DNA of 62,214 bases, filler included, from Candidatus Woesearchaeota archaeon (GCA_030753365.1; 5 parts of 5 records of this genome joined end to end with filler, not necessarily neighbours in it), one strand, 5' to 3'. Shown: positions 18,982 to 29,915, counted from the first letter of the whole stretch. Made by a program: numbers and translations. The notes: a model not told the origin generated them from the letters alone.

Positions 18982-21165
18982 ATGGCAGAAAAAATGGTAG
19001 ATAGGGTAACGAGAATTATGAAAGAACCAGACAATGTTAGAAACATCTCTATCTGTGCCCATATTGACCATGGCAAAACAACATTCTCAGACAACCTTTT
19101 AGCAGGCTGCGGCATGATGAGCAAAGAAGATGCCGGCAAAGCATTAAAGATGGACTTCCATGAAGATGAGCAAGAAAGAGGCATCACAATTGACACTGCA
19201 GCAGTATCCATGGTACACATCTTTGAAGAAAAAGAATTTCTAATCAATCTATTAGACACTCCTGGCCACGTAGACTTTGGCGGAGACGTTACAAGAGCAA
19301 TGAGAGCAACCGATGGCGCTGTAGTACTCGTTGACGCAGTAGAAAGCATAATGCCTCAGACAGAAACAGTGCTAAGGCAGGCTTTAAGAGAACTCGTTAA
19401 ACCTGTACTATTCATAAATAAAGTTGACAGATTAATCAAAGAGCTAAAACTAACACCTGATCAGATGCAAGAGCGTTTTATAAAAATAATTGCTCAGGTA
19501 AACAAGTTAATCAAACAGATCGCTCCTGAAGGCTATGGAGACAGATGGCAGGTAAACGTCCAGGAAGGCAGTGTTGCATTCGGTTCTGCATTCCACAACT
19601 GGGCTTTATCCATCCCTTACATGCAGCAGAAAAACCTCACATTCAAAGACATCATAGACCATTATGAACAGGGCGAAAAATACAAAGAGCTTGCAGAAAA
19701 AGCTCCACTGCACGAAGTTGTGCTAAACATGGTAATCAAGCACCTTCCAAACCCAATAACAGCTCAATCATACAGAATACCAAAAATATGGCATGGTGAG
19801 GTTGACAGTGATGAAGGCAAATCATTAATCAAATGTAACTCAGACGGTCCTCTATTCTTTGTCATCACCAAAATAGTAGTTGACCCTCAGGCAGGAGAAA
19901 TCTCTGCAGGAAGAATGTTCTCAGGAACAATGAAAAAAGGCATAGATGTTTATCTAAACAGGCTGAAACAAAACTCAAAAATCCAGCAGGTCTTTATCTA
20001 CAACGGCGCTAAAAAAGAAATCGTAGACAACGTGCCATCAGGTAACATAATCGGTGTTGCAGGCATAAAAGCATACCCTGGAGAAACAATCACATTAGGT
20101 CCAACAGAACCATTTGAAAAAATAACACACATATTTGACCCAGTAGTCACAAAAGCTATTGAAGCAAAAAACCCTGCAGACCTTCCAAAGCTAATAGAAG
20201 TTCTAAGGCAGGTATCAAAAGAAGATCCTACTGTACAAATAGAAATTAATGAAGAAACAGGAGAGCACCTAATGCACGGCATGGGCGAGCTTCACCTTGA
20301 AGTAATCGAAAACAGAATCAAAACAGAAAAAAATGTAGAAGTCAAAACCTCTCCTCCTATCGTTGTATACAGGGAAACAATAACAAAAAAATCAGCGGAA
20401 GTTGAAGGAAAATCTCCTAACAAGCACAACAAATTCTACTTCATTGTAGAGCCATTAGAAGATTCCATAGTAAAAGCAGTAAAAGATGGTTCAATACCTG
20501 AAATGAGAATCAAGAAAAAAGACATGGCCCTAAGAGACAAGCTAGTAGATCTTGGCATGGACTCAAAGATTGCAATAAAAGTAAAAGATATCTTTGATGG
20601 CAACATGTTCATTGACATGACTCGTGGACAGGTCCATATAGGTGAAGTAATAGATATGGTATTAGACATGTTTGAAGACGTTATGAAATCCGGCCCACTA
20701 GCAAAAGAACCAAGCATAAAAATAAAAGCCATGCTAATGGACATGAAACTTCACGAAGATGCAATTCACAGAGGACCTGCACAGGTATACCCTGCAGTAA
20801 GAGACTCCATAAGAGCAGCCATGCTAAACGGTGGTGCAATAATATACGAACCATTACAAGTAATCCAAATAGAAGCTCCTGTAGACTATATGGGCGAAAT
20901 ATCCAAGCTCATTGCCAACAAAAGAGGGCAACTATTAGACATGCAGCAGGAAGAAGCCATAGTAACCATAAAAGCCAAGATGCCAGTAGCAGAAATGTTC
21001 GGCTGGAGTTCAGACTTAAGAAGCGCCACAGGCGGCAGAGGAAGCTCTTCATTAATAGACCAGATGTTTGAAAAGCTGCCAACAGACCTTCAACCTAAGA
21101 TAGTAGGTCAAATAAGAGAAAGAAAAGGCATAAAAGTTGGCGAAGATGGAGTAGCCAGGGGTTAA
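18982..21165 (+). CDS. fusA: Elongation factor aEF-2
   Basis: AHIDHGKTT, ERGITI, DTPGHVDF, NKVD, diphthamide-site HEDAIHRG. Confidence 0.98.
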   Translation: MAEKMVDRVTRIMKEPDNVRNISICAHIDHGKTTFSDNLLAGCGMMSKEDAGKALKMDFHEDEQERGITIDTAAVSMVHIFEEKEFLINLLDTPGHVDFGGDVTRAMRATDGAVVLVDAVESIMPQTETVLRQALRELVKPVLFINKVDRLIKELKLTPDQMQERFIKIIAQVNKLIKQIAPEGYGDRWQVNVQEGSVAFGSAFHNWALSIPYMQQKNLTFKDIIDHYEQGEKYKELAEKAPLHEVVLNMVIKHLPNPITAQSYRIPKIWHGEVDSDEGKSLIKCNSDGPLFFVITKIVVDPQAGEISAGRMFSGTMKKGIDVYLNRLKQNSKIQQVFIYNGAKKEIVDNVPSGNIIGVAGIKAYPGETITLGPTEPFEKITHIFDPVVTKAIEAKNPADLPKLIEVLRQVSKEDPTVQIEINEETGEHLMHGMGELHLEVIENRIKTEKNVEVKTSPPIVVYRETITKKSAEVEGKSPNKHNKFYFIVEPLEDSIVKAVKDGSIPEMRIKKKDMALRDKLVDLGMDSKIAIKVKDIFDGNMFIDMTRGQVHIGEVIDMVLDMFEDVMKSGPLAKEPSIKIKAMLMDMKLHEDAIHRGPAQVYPAVRDSIRAAMLNGGAIIYEPLQVIQIEAPVDYMGEISKLIANKRGQLLDMQQEEAIVTIKAKMPVAEMFGWSSDLRSATGGRGSSSLIDQMFEKLPTDLQPKIVGQIRERKGIKVGEDGVARG

Positions 21166-21252
21166 ATTACCCCTCAAATTTTCATTTCTATTTTTTTCCT
21201 TTAAAAGCCTTACGAAAACTATTTTAAACTCCCTTTTTCTTGTTAATCTAAA

Positions 21253-21408
21253 ATGTCACTAGAAGAAGAAGAGGATGACGAATCAGTATACGATGAAGAA
21301 TCCAGGGAAGATTTAGTTGACGACGATGAAATGTCTCCTCGTGAAGAAGCCTTTATGAAAGGCTATGAGGAAGCAGAAGAAGAAAAAGAGGAAGATGAAG
21401 ACAGTTGA
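21253..21408 (+). CDS. Small highly acidic protein (51 aa), not in the ORF track
   Basis: MSLEEEEDDESVYDEESREDLVDDDEMSPREEAFMKGYEEAEEEKEEDEDS*; TATA-like box upstream; overlaps next start. Confidence 0.75.
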   Translation: MSLEEEEDDESVYDEESREDLVDDDEMSPREEAFMKGYEEAEEEKEEDEDS

Positions 21409-22099
21409 GATAACAAAAGAGATATTCAAGAAATTCCCTAAACTAAATATTGGAATTCTTATAGTTAGAGGAATAACTAACAAAGGCGAAAGTAAAGCTC
21501 TCCACATCCTATTAAAAGAAGTAGGAATCTTACTAAAAACGGATTTTGTTTCAGAAAAACTGGCTAAACATAAGCTCATCTCCCCTTGGAGAAGCGCTTT
21601 CCTTGCTTTTGGCTCAGAACCTCACAAGCATCATTCTTCCGTAGAAAGCCTAATGAGAAAAGTGCTTGATGGCAAAGATGTATTCAGAAAAAATAAGCTC
21701 GTTGACATATACAATTACTTCTCCTTAAAATACTTAATCCCTTTGGGCGGAGATGACCTTGATCAAGTAGTAGGCGATATAAAACTAACCATTGCAGAAG
21801 GCACTGAAAACTTTGTTCCTTCAGGCGAAGGCAATAAGCAGAACCCTGATAAAGGCGAAGTAATCTACAAAGATGAAGTAGAAGTCTTATGCAGAAAATG
21901 GAACTGGAAAGAATGCTACAAAACAAGAATAACAGAAAACACTAAAAATGCCATCCTCTATGTAGAAGGCATCCCTCCTGTAACAAAAAAAGAGCTTGAA
22001 AAACTCCTAAACGAGCTTAAATCCCTAATAAAGCTCCATTGTGGCGGAGATATAACACCTTTTATATTAACCAAAACCAATCCAACAGCAGAATTCTAA
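21395..22099 (+). CDS. Free-standing B3/B4 (PheRS editing-like) domain protein
   Basis: SSVESLMRKV, NKLVDIYN, GGDDLD, GEVIYKD, CRKWNWKE. Confidence 0.85.
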   Translation: MKTVEITKEIFKKFPKLNIGILIVRGITNKGESKALHILLKEVGILLKTDFVSEKLAKHKLISPWRSAFLAFGSEPHKHHSSVESLMRKVLDGKDVFRKNKLVDIYNYFSLKYLIPLGGDDLDQVVGDIKLTIAEGTENFVPSGEGNKQNPDKGEVIYKDEVEVLCRKWNWKECYKTRITENTKNAILYVEGIPPVTKKELEKLLNELKSLIKLHCGGDITPFILTKTNPTAEF

Positions 22100-22545
22100 A
22101 CCTTCTTCTCTCTCAGAATATCATTAATCAATGTTTCCACTTCATGCCTAGTAACAAAATTAACTGGTTCCCACAAATCAACATACTTCTTAATCATATT
22201 CATATCTTCCTTCCTTGCACCCTTCTTAAGCTCCTCTATAATCTGCAGTATTTTAATCTTAATCTGATTAATCTCTTTCTTAAGCTCATTAATATCCATA
22301 TTTATTGTCTTAATCTCAGAATTAAACTTTCTATTAGTGCTAAGCATATTTCGCTCATTCACCATATACCTTCTCTGCAGGTTTGAAGTCCTTTCCTCTA
22401 CAACTCTCAGCTTATTATCTATATTTATTACCTGCTCATTAACCTTTCCAGTATCTTCTGTTTTAGGCTTATCCCCTCCTCCACCAAACAATCCTTTATG
22501 CTCCTGTTTGGCTTGTGGCTTTGGATTAGAATTAATTAAAGGCAT
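22096..22545 (-). CDS. Hypothetical coiled-coil protein
   Basis: 149-aa ORF with heptad character, divergent from the secretion ATPase. Confidence 0.7.
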   Translation of the reverse strand: MPLINSNPKPQAKQEHKGLFGGGGDKPKTEDTGKVNEQVINIDNKLRVVEERTSNLQRRYMVNERNMLSTNRKFNSEIKTINMDINELKKEINQIKIKILQIIEELKKGARKEDMNMIKKYVDLWEPVNFVTRHEVETLINDILREKKV

Positions 22546-22687
22546 AATCTTATAGATTAATCCAATAGTTATTAACTTTATGTGAGTATTTTATAATGGT
22601 AATAAACCATCTCCTTTAAATCAAAACCTTTATATTTAGCATAACTTTATTTTAACCTATAGACTTTAAGTTAACATACTTTTAAAA

Positions 22688-24254
22688 ATGCCAGCCTTTG
22701 AGAAAAAAAAAGAGGCCTTTTCTTATGATATATTAAGAGAAGGAGAAGATGTAATTCTTAGAATAGACTGCGAAGCATACACAAGAGTTCCTTCTCTTGA
22801 AGATGATGAAACATCAATGTCAAAAACCATTGACATTCTTAGTGAAGCAAGCGGTGTTAACAAAATTATCTTTATTCAAAAAAGAGACTATGAATATGAC
22901 ACCTTCCAGGCTGAAACCCTTGCTGAGATTGCAAGAATCTATAAAATGCTTGTAAAACAGAAAATAATTAATTACTATTCTATCACAGACCCTGCAAAAT
23001 ATGCAGAACTCCAGAATATCTTATTCAGCCTCCTTAAAAAAGATCCTTTAGGCGCTTATGTTGAAATAAGAAGAATATTGAGAAGAGAAAAGATTTTTCT
23101 CACAAGAACGCAAAACCCTACTCTAATATCAAGCATCAAGAAAATCATCTCTTTATTGGAATATGTATCCAAACTACTTGATGGCACAAAGCTAATCAAA
23201 CTAATGAGCAAACAGTTAGCAGGCTACAAAATTGGCGATAGGTCATTATACTCAAAAGTATTCAGTCCTGCAGTAAAGCCTGACTTTATTTTCACCAGGC
23301 TCATGGCAGCTTATCCCAAAGAAGGTGAAGAATTAGACGCCTACCTTGTAGGCAACACAGAAGTCACAATCTTTAACATGCCTGATGACATCCAGCCCCT
23401 CTATCATATAATCCCTCCTGAATTCAAGCTCTCTGAAGATAAATATGAGATAATAGATGCTGCAAGAAGAATCATGTCTGAGCACAAGCCCAAAAAGAGC
23501 GAATTCGTTGACCCTGAAAGAATGAGAGAAGTATTCTTCAATGTAGGCCATGACCTCATAGAAGAGCTCTCCTCATACAGAAACATAAGGCTAAGAGCAA
23601 AAGAAGTTGACGAACTTACAAGAATACTTGTAAGATACACTGTAGGCTTTGGTCTTATAGAAGTGCTCCTTCAGGATGAAAAAGTGCAGGACATATCAAT
23701 AAACTCTCCTATGGGCGAACTCCCTATCTTTATTGTTCAGCAGGACTTTGGCAACTGCAAGACAAACATCATGCCCACAATGCCAGAATCAGAATCCTGG
23801 GCATCAAAGCTAAGAATGCTCTCTGGAAGGCCGCTTGATGAAGCAAACCCAATCCTAGACACAGAAATAAAAATCCCTGGCGCAGCCGCAAGAACTTCCA
23901 CTCTCACCGAGCCTTTATCACCAAAAGGATTATCATTCTCTTTCAGAAGACACAGAGACAAGCCATGGACACTCCCCTTATTCATAAAAAACAGAATGAT
24001 AAATCCTCTTGCTGCTGGTGTGCTAAGCTTCCTCATAGATGGAACAAGAACATTCTTTATCTGCGGAACAAGAGGCTCAGGTAAATCATCTTTTCTAAGC
24101 GCCTGCATGCTTGAAATCATGAGAAAATATAGGTTGATAACACTTGAAGATACCTTAGAGCTGCCATTCAGCGCCTTCAAAAAGTTAGGCTTCAACATGG
24201 TACAAATGAAAGTAGCAAGTGCGCTTGCCCATGAATCAAGCGAGTTCACAGCAA
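22688..24254 (+). CDS. Type II/IV secretion (VirB11/CpaF/FlaI-like) ATPase, truncated by contig end
   Basis: GRPLDEANPILD, Walker A GTRGSGKSS, TLEDTLEL. Confidence 0.9.
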
Positions 24255-24354
24255 NNNNNNNNNNNNNNNNNNNNNNNNNNNNNNNNNNNNNNNNNNNNTT
24301 AATTAATTAANNNNNNNNNNNNNNNNNNNNNNNNNNNNNNNNNNNNNNNNNNNN
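24255..24354. other. Artificial contig linker
   Basis: N-run with central TTAATTAATTAA. Confidence 0.99.
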
Positions 24355-24372
24355 AAAAATAAGGAAGTTGGA

Positions 24373-24912
24373 ATGGGGATAAAAGCTCCTAACAAGAAAT
24401 GTGAAGATAACAAATGCCCTTTCCATGGCAGTACAAAGCTGAGAGGCAGAGTTTTCATAGGAGTACTTACGTCAAAAGATACTCACCAGACTGCAACTGT
24501 TGTATGGAAAAGGAGAGAGTATGTACCTAAATATGAAAGATACCTTAAGAAAAGGTCTAAACTGCGTGTTCATAATCCTTCATGTATCAATGCTAAAGAA
24601 GGAGACTTTGTAAAAATTGTTGAATGCAAGCCTCTAAGCAAAACCAAGAAATTTGTAATAGTAGAAAAGCTTGGTGAAGATATCATGTTTGAGCAGAAAG
24701 AAGAAGCATTGGAAAACAGTAAAGTAATGAAAAATAAAAAGGAAGACAAAGAAGAAAAAGAAGAACTTGAAGAAGAAGTTAAAACAGAAGTTAAGGCAGA
24801 AGAAAAGAAAGTAAAGGAAGATGCTCGGACTACATCCGGCACCAACTCCGTTGGGAAAAAGAAAGAAGAAAAGGCAGATAAAACCAATAAAAATAAGGAA
24901 GAATCAGAATGA
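24373..24912 (+). CDS. rps17p: Ribosomal protein uS17 with long K/E tail
   Basis: CEDNKCPFHG, VPKYERY, ECKPLSKTK. Confidence 0.96.
   Translation: MGIKAPNKKCEDNKCPFHGSTKLRGRVFIGVLTSKDTHQTATVVWKRREYVPKYERYLKKRSKLRVHNPSCINAKEGDFVKIVECKPLSKTKKFVIVEKLGEDIMFEQKEEALENSKVMKNKKEDKEEKEELEEEVKTEVKAEEKKVKEDARTTSGTNSVGKKKEEKADKTNKNKEESE
24820..24854. repeat. 35-bp double-hairpin palindrome inside a CDS, copy 2
   Basis: GATGCTCGGACTACATCCGGCACCAACTCCGTTGG. Confidence 0.85.
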
Positions 24913-25313
24913 AATCAACAGAATTTAGAATCACAAGGGCATTGCCTGTAGGAAGCATGGTTAAGACATGTGATAACTCAGGAGCAAAACTGTTAAGAGT
25001 GTTTTCAGTAGTAGGCGCTAAAACAGTCAAAGGCAGAATACCTTCCGCAGGAGTGAGCGATTTAGTGCTTGCATCTGTCAGAAGAGGAAAGCCCGAAATG
25101 AAAAAGCAGAAAGTCTATGCAGTCATAGTAAGGCAAAGAAAGGAATACAGAAGGCCTGATGGCACAAGAATTAAGTTTGAGGATAACTCTGCTGTTGTGC
25201 TGAAAGATGATAAAGGTGGCAGTCCTAAAGGTACTATGATTAAAGGCGCTGTTGCAAAAGAAGTATGCGTAAGATGGCCTGGAATAGCAAAGATTGCGAG
25301 CATAATTGTATGA
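24909..25313 (+). CDS. rpl14p: Ribosomal protein uL14
   Basis: CDNSGAK, RRPDGTRIKFEDNSAV. Confidence 0.97.
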   Translation: MKSTEFRITRALPVGSMVKTCDNSGAKLLRVFSVVGAKTVKGRIPSAGVSDLVLASVRRGKPEMKKQKVYAVIVRQRKEYRRPDGTRIKFEDNSAVVLKDDKGGSPKGTMIKGAVAKEVCVRWPGIAKIASIIV

Positions 25314-25336
25314 TCTAAAATAGATAAACAATAACA

Positions 25337-25783
25337 ATGAAAAAACAATTCAGTAATTCATGGAAAAGCAGCAAACAGCCAAGGAAGCAGAGAAAGTTTA
25401 GATTCAATGCTCCTCTCCATATAAAACAGAAGTTTGTGAGAGCGCATTTGTCTAAGGAATTAAGGGCAAAGTATGGCAGGAGAGCTGTAACACTGAGAAA
25501 AAAAGATACTGTCAAAATAGCAAGAGGGCAGTTTAAAGGCAAAACAGGGAAAGTTGACAAGGTTGACCTGAGAAACTGCAAAGTTTATGTTGCTGGTATA
25601 ACAGTTACCAAAAAGGATGGGAACACAGCATTTTTCCCGTTATATCCTTCAAATTTGATAATCACAGAATTAGTCTTAGAAGATAAAGAAAGGCAAAAAA
25701 TCTTGGATAAGATAAAAATAAAAGACAAAACAGAAAAACAGGTTAAACAGAAACCGGTAAAACAAGTGAAAAAAAATGGTTAA
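25337..25783 (+). CDS. rpl24p: Ribosomal protein uL24
   Basis: SKQPRKQRK..APLH, RGQFKG. Confidence 0.96.
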   Translation: MKKQFSNSWKSSKQPRKQRKFRFNAPLHIKQKFVRAHLSKELRAKYGRRAVTLRKKDTVKIARGQFKGKTGKVDKVDLRNCKVYVAGITVTKKDGNTAFFPLYPSNLIITELVLEDKERQKILDKIKIKDKTEKQVKQKPVKQVKKNG

Positions 25784-26474
25784 AAGACATTTGAAAAGAT
25801 TGACTGTACCAAAGTCATGGGAAATAAGGAAAAAGGAAAATACATTCATAATCAGGCCTAATCCTGGTATGCATAAGTTCTCTTTAGGTATGCCTCTTAG
25901 TGTTGTGTTAAGAGATTTGCTTAAGCTGGCCAACACAATGAGAGAAGTGAAATACATACTAAACAATCAGGAAATCTTAGTGGATAATGTAAGAAGAAAA
26001 GAAAATCATTTTATTACAGGTTTTATGGATACATTATCAATACCGCTTATAAAGAAATATTATAGAATACTCCTAAACAAGAAAGGAGAATTATATATGA
26101 AATCAATTAAAGATTCTGAGGTTGGAGTTAAGCCGTGCAGAGTAATAGGAAAAACAATTCTAAAGAATAAAAAGGTTCAGATTAACCTTGAAGACAGCAG
26201 GAACATAATCGTTGATGATAAAGTTAGGTACAGTATAGGAGATTCGCTGATAGTAGAGCTTCCTTCACAGAAAGTTAAAGAGCATATTACTCTTGAAAAA
26301 GGTTCTGTAATATTCTTAATAGGGGGAAAGCATGTTGGCGGAACAGGAACAATAGTTGATATTAAAGATAAAAAAGTTGTTTATAAGCTTAAATCAGGAG
26401 AACAATATGAATCTCTTAAAGATTATGCGTTTGTTATTGGGAAAGCCAAGGCAAGCATAACAGTAGACGAATAG
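25776..26474 (+). CDS. rps4e: Ribosomal protein eS4
   Basis: HLKRLTVPKSW, GFMD, GGKHVG. Confidence 0.96.
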   Translation: MVKRHLKRLTVPKSWEIRKKENTFIIRPNPGMHKFSLGMPLSVVLRDLLKLANTMREVKYILNNQEILVDNVRRKENHFITGFMDTLSIPLIKKYYRILLNKKGELYMKSIKDSEVGVKPCRVIGKTILKNKKVQINLEDSRNIIVDDKVRYSIGDSLIVELPSQKVKEHITLEKGSVIFLIGGKHVGGTGTIVDIKDKKVVYKLKSGEQYESLKDYAFVIGKAKASITVDE

Positions 26475-26486
26475 TGAAGCAGTAAA

Positions 26487-27086
26487 ATGGTAGAATCACA
26501 AGACAACAGTGGAAATATGGAGAACATGAAAAGTGTGGATACTAATAGCAAAAGCTCTGAGAATAATGAAAATCCTATGAAAACTATAAAAGTAGACAAG
26601 ATTACTATAAACATAGGCACAGGGAAAGATCAGGGAATTTTGGATAATGGCCTTAAACTGATAAAACATATTACTGGTACAAAAGCTGTTGCAACAGCAA
26701 CCACAAAGAGAATCCCTGATTGGGGCATAAGGCCTGGCCTTACTATTGGATGCAAGCTTACCCTGCGTGGGAAAAGGGCAGTTGAGCTATTAATTGTTCT
26801 TTTGGAAGGCGTAGAAAACAGAATGAATGAAAAGCAGTTTGATAATAATGGGAATGTATCTTTTGGTATTAAGGAATATATTGACATACCAAGCGTTAAG
26901 TACAGCCCGGACATACCTTTAATGGGACTTGGAGTAAGTATATCTCTTAAAAGGGCAGGAGGACTCAGAGTTAAGAATAAAAGGATTGCCAGCAGGAAAA
27001 TTGGTAAGAATCATTTAATCACAAAAAAGGAAGCAATTAATTTCATGAAGAAAAATTTTAATGTGAAAATGGGTGAGGAAGAATGA
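26487..27086 (+). CDS. rpl5p: Ribosomal protein uL5
   Basis: [28 protein letters not shown]. Confidence 0.96.
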   Translation: MVESQDNSGNMENMKSVDTNSKSSENNENPMKTIKVDKITINIGTGKDQGILDNGLKLIKHITGTKAVATATTKRIPDWGIRPGLTIGCKLTLRGKRAVELLIVLLEGVENRMNEKQFDNNGNVSFGIKEYIDIPSVKYSPDIPLMGLGVSISLKRAGGLRVKNKRIASRKIGKNHLITKKEAINFMKKNFNVKMGEEE

Positions 27087-27313
27087 CTGCAAGCGATTTC
27101 AGGAAAATGATAAAGCAGCTGAAAGTTAAGCCAGCTATATTGAATAGATATATGAAGTTCAATGCTCCTAAAGAAAGAAGCTGCGGGTTTAGCTTGCAGA
27201 AATGCAAAAGATGTGGGAGAGTCAAGGCACATATAAGTAAATATGACTTGCACTTCTGCAGACAGTGCTTTAGAGAAATAGCCTCAAAGATTGGCTTTAA
27301 AAAATATAGTTGA
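27083..27313 (+). CDS. rps14p: Ribosomal protein uS14
   Basis: CKRCG..CRQCFRE..GFKKY. Confidence 0.96.
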   Translation: MTASDFRKMIKQLKVKPAILNRYMKFNAPKERSCGFSLQKCKRCGRVKAHISKYDLHFCRQCFREIASKIGFKKYS

Positions 27314-27323
27314 GTGATACAAA

Positions 27324-27716
27324 ATGTCAATGAATGATCCATTAGCAAGCGCATTATCAAAGATAATGAACGCAGAAAATAGGGAACAAAAGGAATGTAT
27401 AATCAAGCCAGTTTCAAAACTGATAAAAAAGGTTTTAGAAATATTGAATGCTGAAGGTTATATAGGCAGTTTTAAAGAATTAGAAGACAGTAAAGGCAAT
27501 ATGCTGCAGGTGAACCTGTTAGGAAAGGTCAATAAAACAGGCGTTATCAAACCAAGATTCTTTATTAAAAAGGATGGTTATGAAAAATTTGAGAAAAGGT
27601 ATCTTCCATCCAATAATTTTGGAGTTTTAATAGTATCAACATCATTAGGCCTTAAGGTTAATAATGAAGCTAAGAAGAAAGGAATTGGAGGCAAATTAAT
27701 AGCTTATGTGTATTAA
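27324..27716 (+). CDS. rps8p: Ribosomal protein uS8
   Basis: DPLASALS, IKPR, GGKLIAYVY. Confidence 0.97.
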   Translation: MSMNDPLASALSKIMNAENREQKECIIKPVSKLIKKVLEILNAEGYIGSFKELEDSKGNMLQVNLLGKVNKTGVIKPRFFIKKDGYEKFEKRYLPSNNFGVLIVSTSLGLKVNNEAKKKGIGGKLIAYVY

Positions 27717-27729
27717 TGCTGATAATAAA

Positions 27730-28281
27730 ATGAGACCTGACAAAATCGAAGAGGAAGTGGAAATGCCGGAAGGAATAAGCGCAAGCTCTGAAGGCAATGA
27801 AATTACCTTGAAGTCTGATAAAAATGAATTGAAAAGGAAGCTGTTTAGCAAAAAAGCAGGCTTTTCAGTAGAAGGTAACAAGGTTAAGTTAGCTGCTAAC
27901 AAACCTTCAAGGATGGAAAAAAAAATCATAGGAACTTTCAAGGCTCATTTAAAGAATATGATAAAAGGCCTGAGCGAGGGGCATGTGTACAAGCTAAAAA
28001 TATGTTCAAGCCATTTCCCTATGACTGTCTCAGCAAGTAATAATGAATTTATTATCAAAAACTTTTTTGGAGAAACCATTCCCAGAAAACTTAGCATTGC
28101 AGAAGAAGTGGAAGTGAAAGTTGAAGGGGACATAGTTATAGTAAGCTCTTTTGACAAAGAACTTGCTGCACAAACAGCAGCATCTATTGAAACCATGACT
28201 AAAAGAACAGGGTTTGATAAAAGAGTTTACATGGACGGCCTTTACATAACAGAAAAAGATGGCAAAGAAATTAAGTTATAA
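27730..28281 (+). CDS. rpl6p: Ribosomal protein uL6
   Basis: SHFPM, NFFGE, DKRVYMDGLY. Confidence 0.96.
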   Translation: MRPDKIEEEVEMPEGISASSEGNEITLKSDKNELKRKLFSKKAGFSVEGNKVKLAANKPSRMEKKIIGTFKAHLKNMIKGLSEGHVYKLKICSSHFPMTVSASNNEFIIKNFFGETIPRKLSIAEEVEVKVEGDIVIVSSFDKELAAQTAASIETMTKRTGFDKRVYMDGLYITEKDGKEIKL

Positions 28282-28291
28282 ATGATATAAA

Positions 28292-28915
28292 ATGGCAGAT
28301 ATAAACAAACTCTTGAAACATAGAAAGGCGCTGAAAGCAAAGAAGCCTAATTTTATTAGACAAGATACTCATAAGAAGAAAAGGTTGATAATTAAATGGA
28401 GAAAACCTAAAGGGTTACAGTCGAAAATGAGGCTTTCTCGTGCTGGTTATAGGAAAAGTGTCAGATTAGGATATAAATCTCCTGTATTAGTAAGAGGAAT
28501 GGACAGGAATGGTATGAAACCTATTCTTGTAAGTAATATTAAAGAATTGGAAAAAATCGATAAAGATACAGAAAGTGTTATTATAAAAAAAAGTGTAGGA
28601 TTAAGAAATAAGATTGAACTGCTTAAAAAAGCAAAAGATATGGCGCTTACAATATCAAATATGAAAGATGTTCCTGCTTTCCTTGCTAAAATTGAGAAAC
28701 AGCTGAAAGCAAGAAAAGAAAACAAGCAAAAACGGCTGAAAGAGCAGAAAGAAAAAGAAAAGCAAAAGATTGAGAAGAAAAAAGAGAAAGATAAGAAGGA
28801 AGCAGAAAAAGATAATAAGAAAGAAAAGACAGCTGATGAACTTGCTGAAAAAGTCAAGAAAGAGGAAGAAGAGCAGAAAAAGGAAAAAGATAAGCTGTTG
28901 ACAAAGAAGGAGTAG
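28292..28915 (+). CDS. rpl32e: Ribosomal protein eL32 with K/E tail
   Basis: KKPNFIRQ, KWRKPKGLQSKMR. Confidence 0.95.
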   Translation: MADINKLLKHRKALKAKKPNFIRQDTHKKKRLIIKWRKPKGLQSKMRLSRAGYRKSVRLGYKSPVLVRGMDRNGMKPILVSNIKELEKIDKDTESVIIKKSVGLRNKIELLKKAKDMALTISNMKDVPAFLAKIEKQLKARKENKQKRLKEQKEKEKQKIEKKKEKDKKEAEKDNKKEKTADELAEKVKKEEEEQKKEKDKLLTKKE

Positions 28916-28938
28916 AATATTGATATAAGGTAATACAA

Positions 28939-29406
28939 ATGGCAAAAATAATTCAAAAAAGACTTGCAGCGCAAATACTTAAGTGTTCCCCGAAAAGGAT
29001 AAAACTTGATTCGCTTAGGATGGAAGATATCAAGAAAGCAATTACTAAAGTAGATGTAAGGAGCCTTATCAAAGAGAAAGCTATCAAGCGAAAAGCTGTA
29101 ACAAGCATATCAAAATCAAGAATAAGGAAGAATAAAGAGCAGAAAAGAAAAGGAAGGCAGAGAGGTTATGGTTCAAGGAAAGGGACAAAAAACCTTAGAA
29201 TGGGAAAGAAGAGACGGTGGATAAACCTTGTAAGAGCGCAAAGAGAACTTATTAAGGAACTGAAACTCAGAAATCGTATAAGTACTAAATCATACAGGAT
29301 GCTTTACTTGAAAATCAAAAGCGGATTTTTCAGAAACAAGAGACACGTAAAGCTTTACATTGGAGAACAAAATCTTTTGGAGAAAAAAATATCAACTAAT
29401 GAATGA
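28939..29406 (+). CDS. rpl19e: Ribosomal protein eL19
   Basis: QKRLAAQILKC, RGYGSRKG. Confidence 0.96.
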   Translation: MAKIIQKRLAAQILKCSPKRIKLDSLRMEDIKKAITKVDVRSLIKEKAIKRKAVTSISKSRIRKNKEQKRKGRQRGYGSRKGTKNLRMGKKRRWINLVRAQRELIKELKLRNRISTKSYRMLYLKIKSGFFRNKRHVKLYIGEQNLLEKKISTNE

Positions 29407-29416
29407 GTAATTACAA

Positions 29417-29908
29417 ATGAAAAAGATAAACAGTAAGACATATAACGTGGAATACAAGAGGAAAAGAGAAGGAAAAACTAATTATAAAACCAGATTAAGG
29501 TTATTATCCTCTCATAAGTTAAGATTAGTAGTAAGAATGTCACTTAAAAACATAAGCCTTCAAGCGGTGGAATACAATCCTGAAGGAGATAAGGTTCTGG
29601 TATCAGCTTCATCAAAACAATTGCAGAAAGAATATGGCTGGGACAAAAGTAGAGGAAACAGGGCAGTTGCATATCTTACTGGATGTTTGCTGGGAAAAAA
29701 GGCGAAAGATAAAAAACTAAATGAGATGGTACTTGATAAAGGAGGTTATCCTAATATTAAGAAATCAAAAGTTTATGCAGCGCTTAAGGGCGTAGTGGAT
29801 GCAGGAATATCTGTGCCTCATTCAGAGGAGATATTTCCTTCAGAGGAGCTTATTATAGGGGAACATAAAGATTTATTTGAAAGTGTTAAGAAAAAAATAT
29901 TAGGTTAA
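29417..29908 (+). CDS. rpl18p: Ribosomal protein uL18
   Basis: RKREGKTNY, AYLTG, LKGVVDAG. Confidence 0.96.
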   Translation: MKKINSKTYNVEYKRKREGKTNYKTRLRLLSSHKLRLVVRMSLKNISLQAVEYNPEGDKVLVSASSKQLQKEYGWDKSRGNRAVAYLTGCLLGKKAKDKKLNEMVLDKGGYPNIKKSKVYAALKGVVDAGISVPHSEEIFPSEELIIGEHKDLFESVKKKILG

Positions 29909-29915
29909 AATCAAA

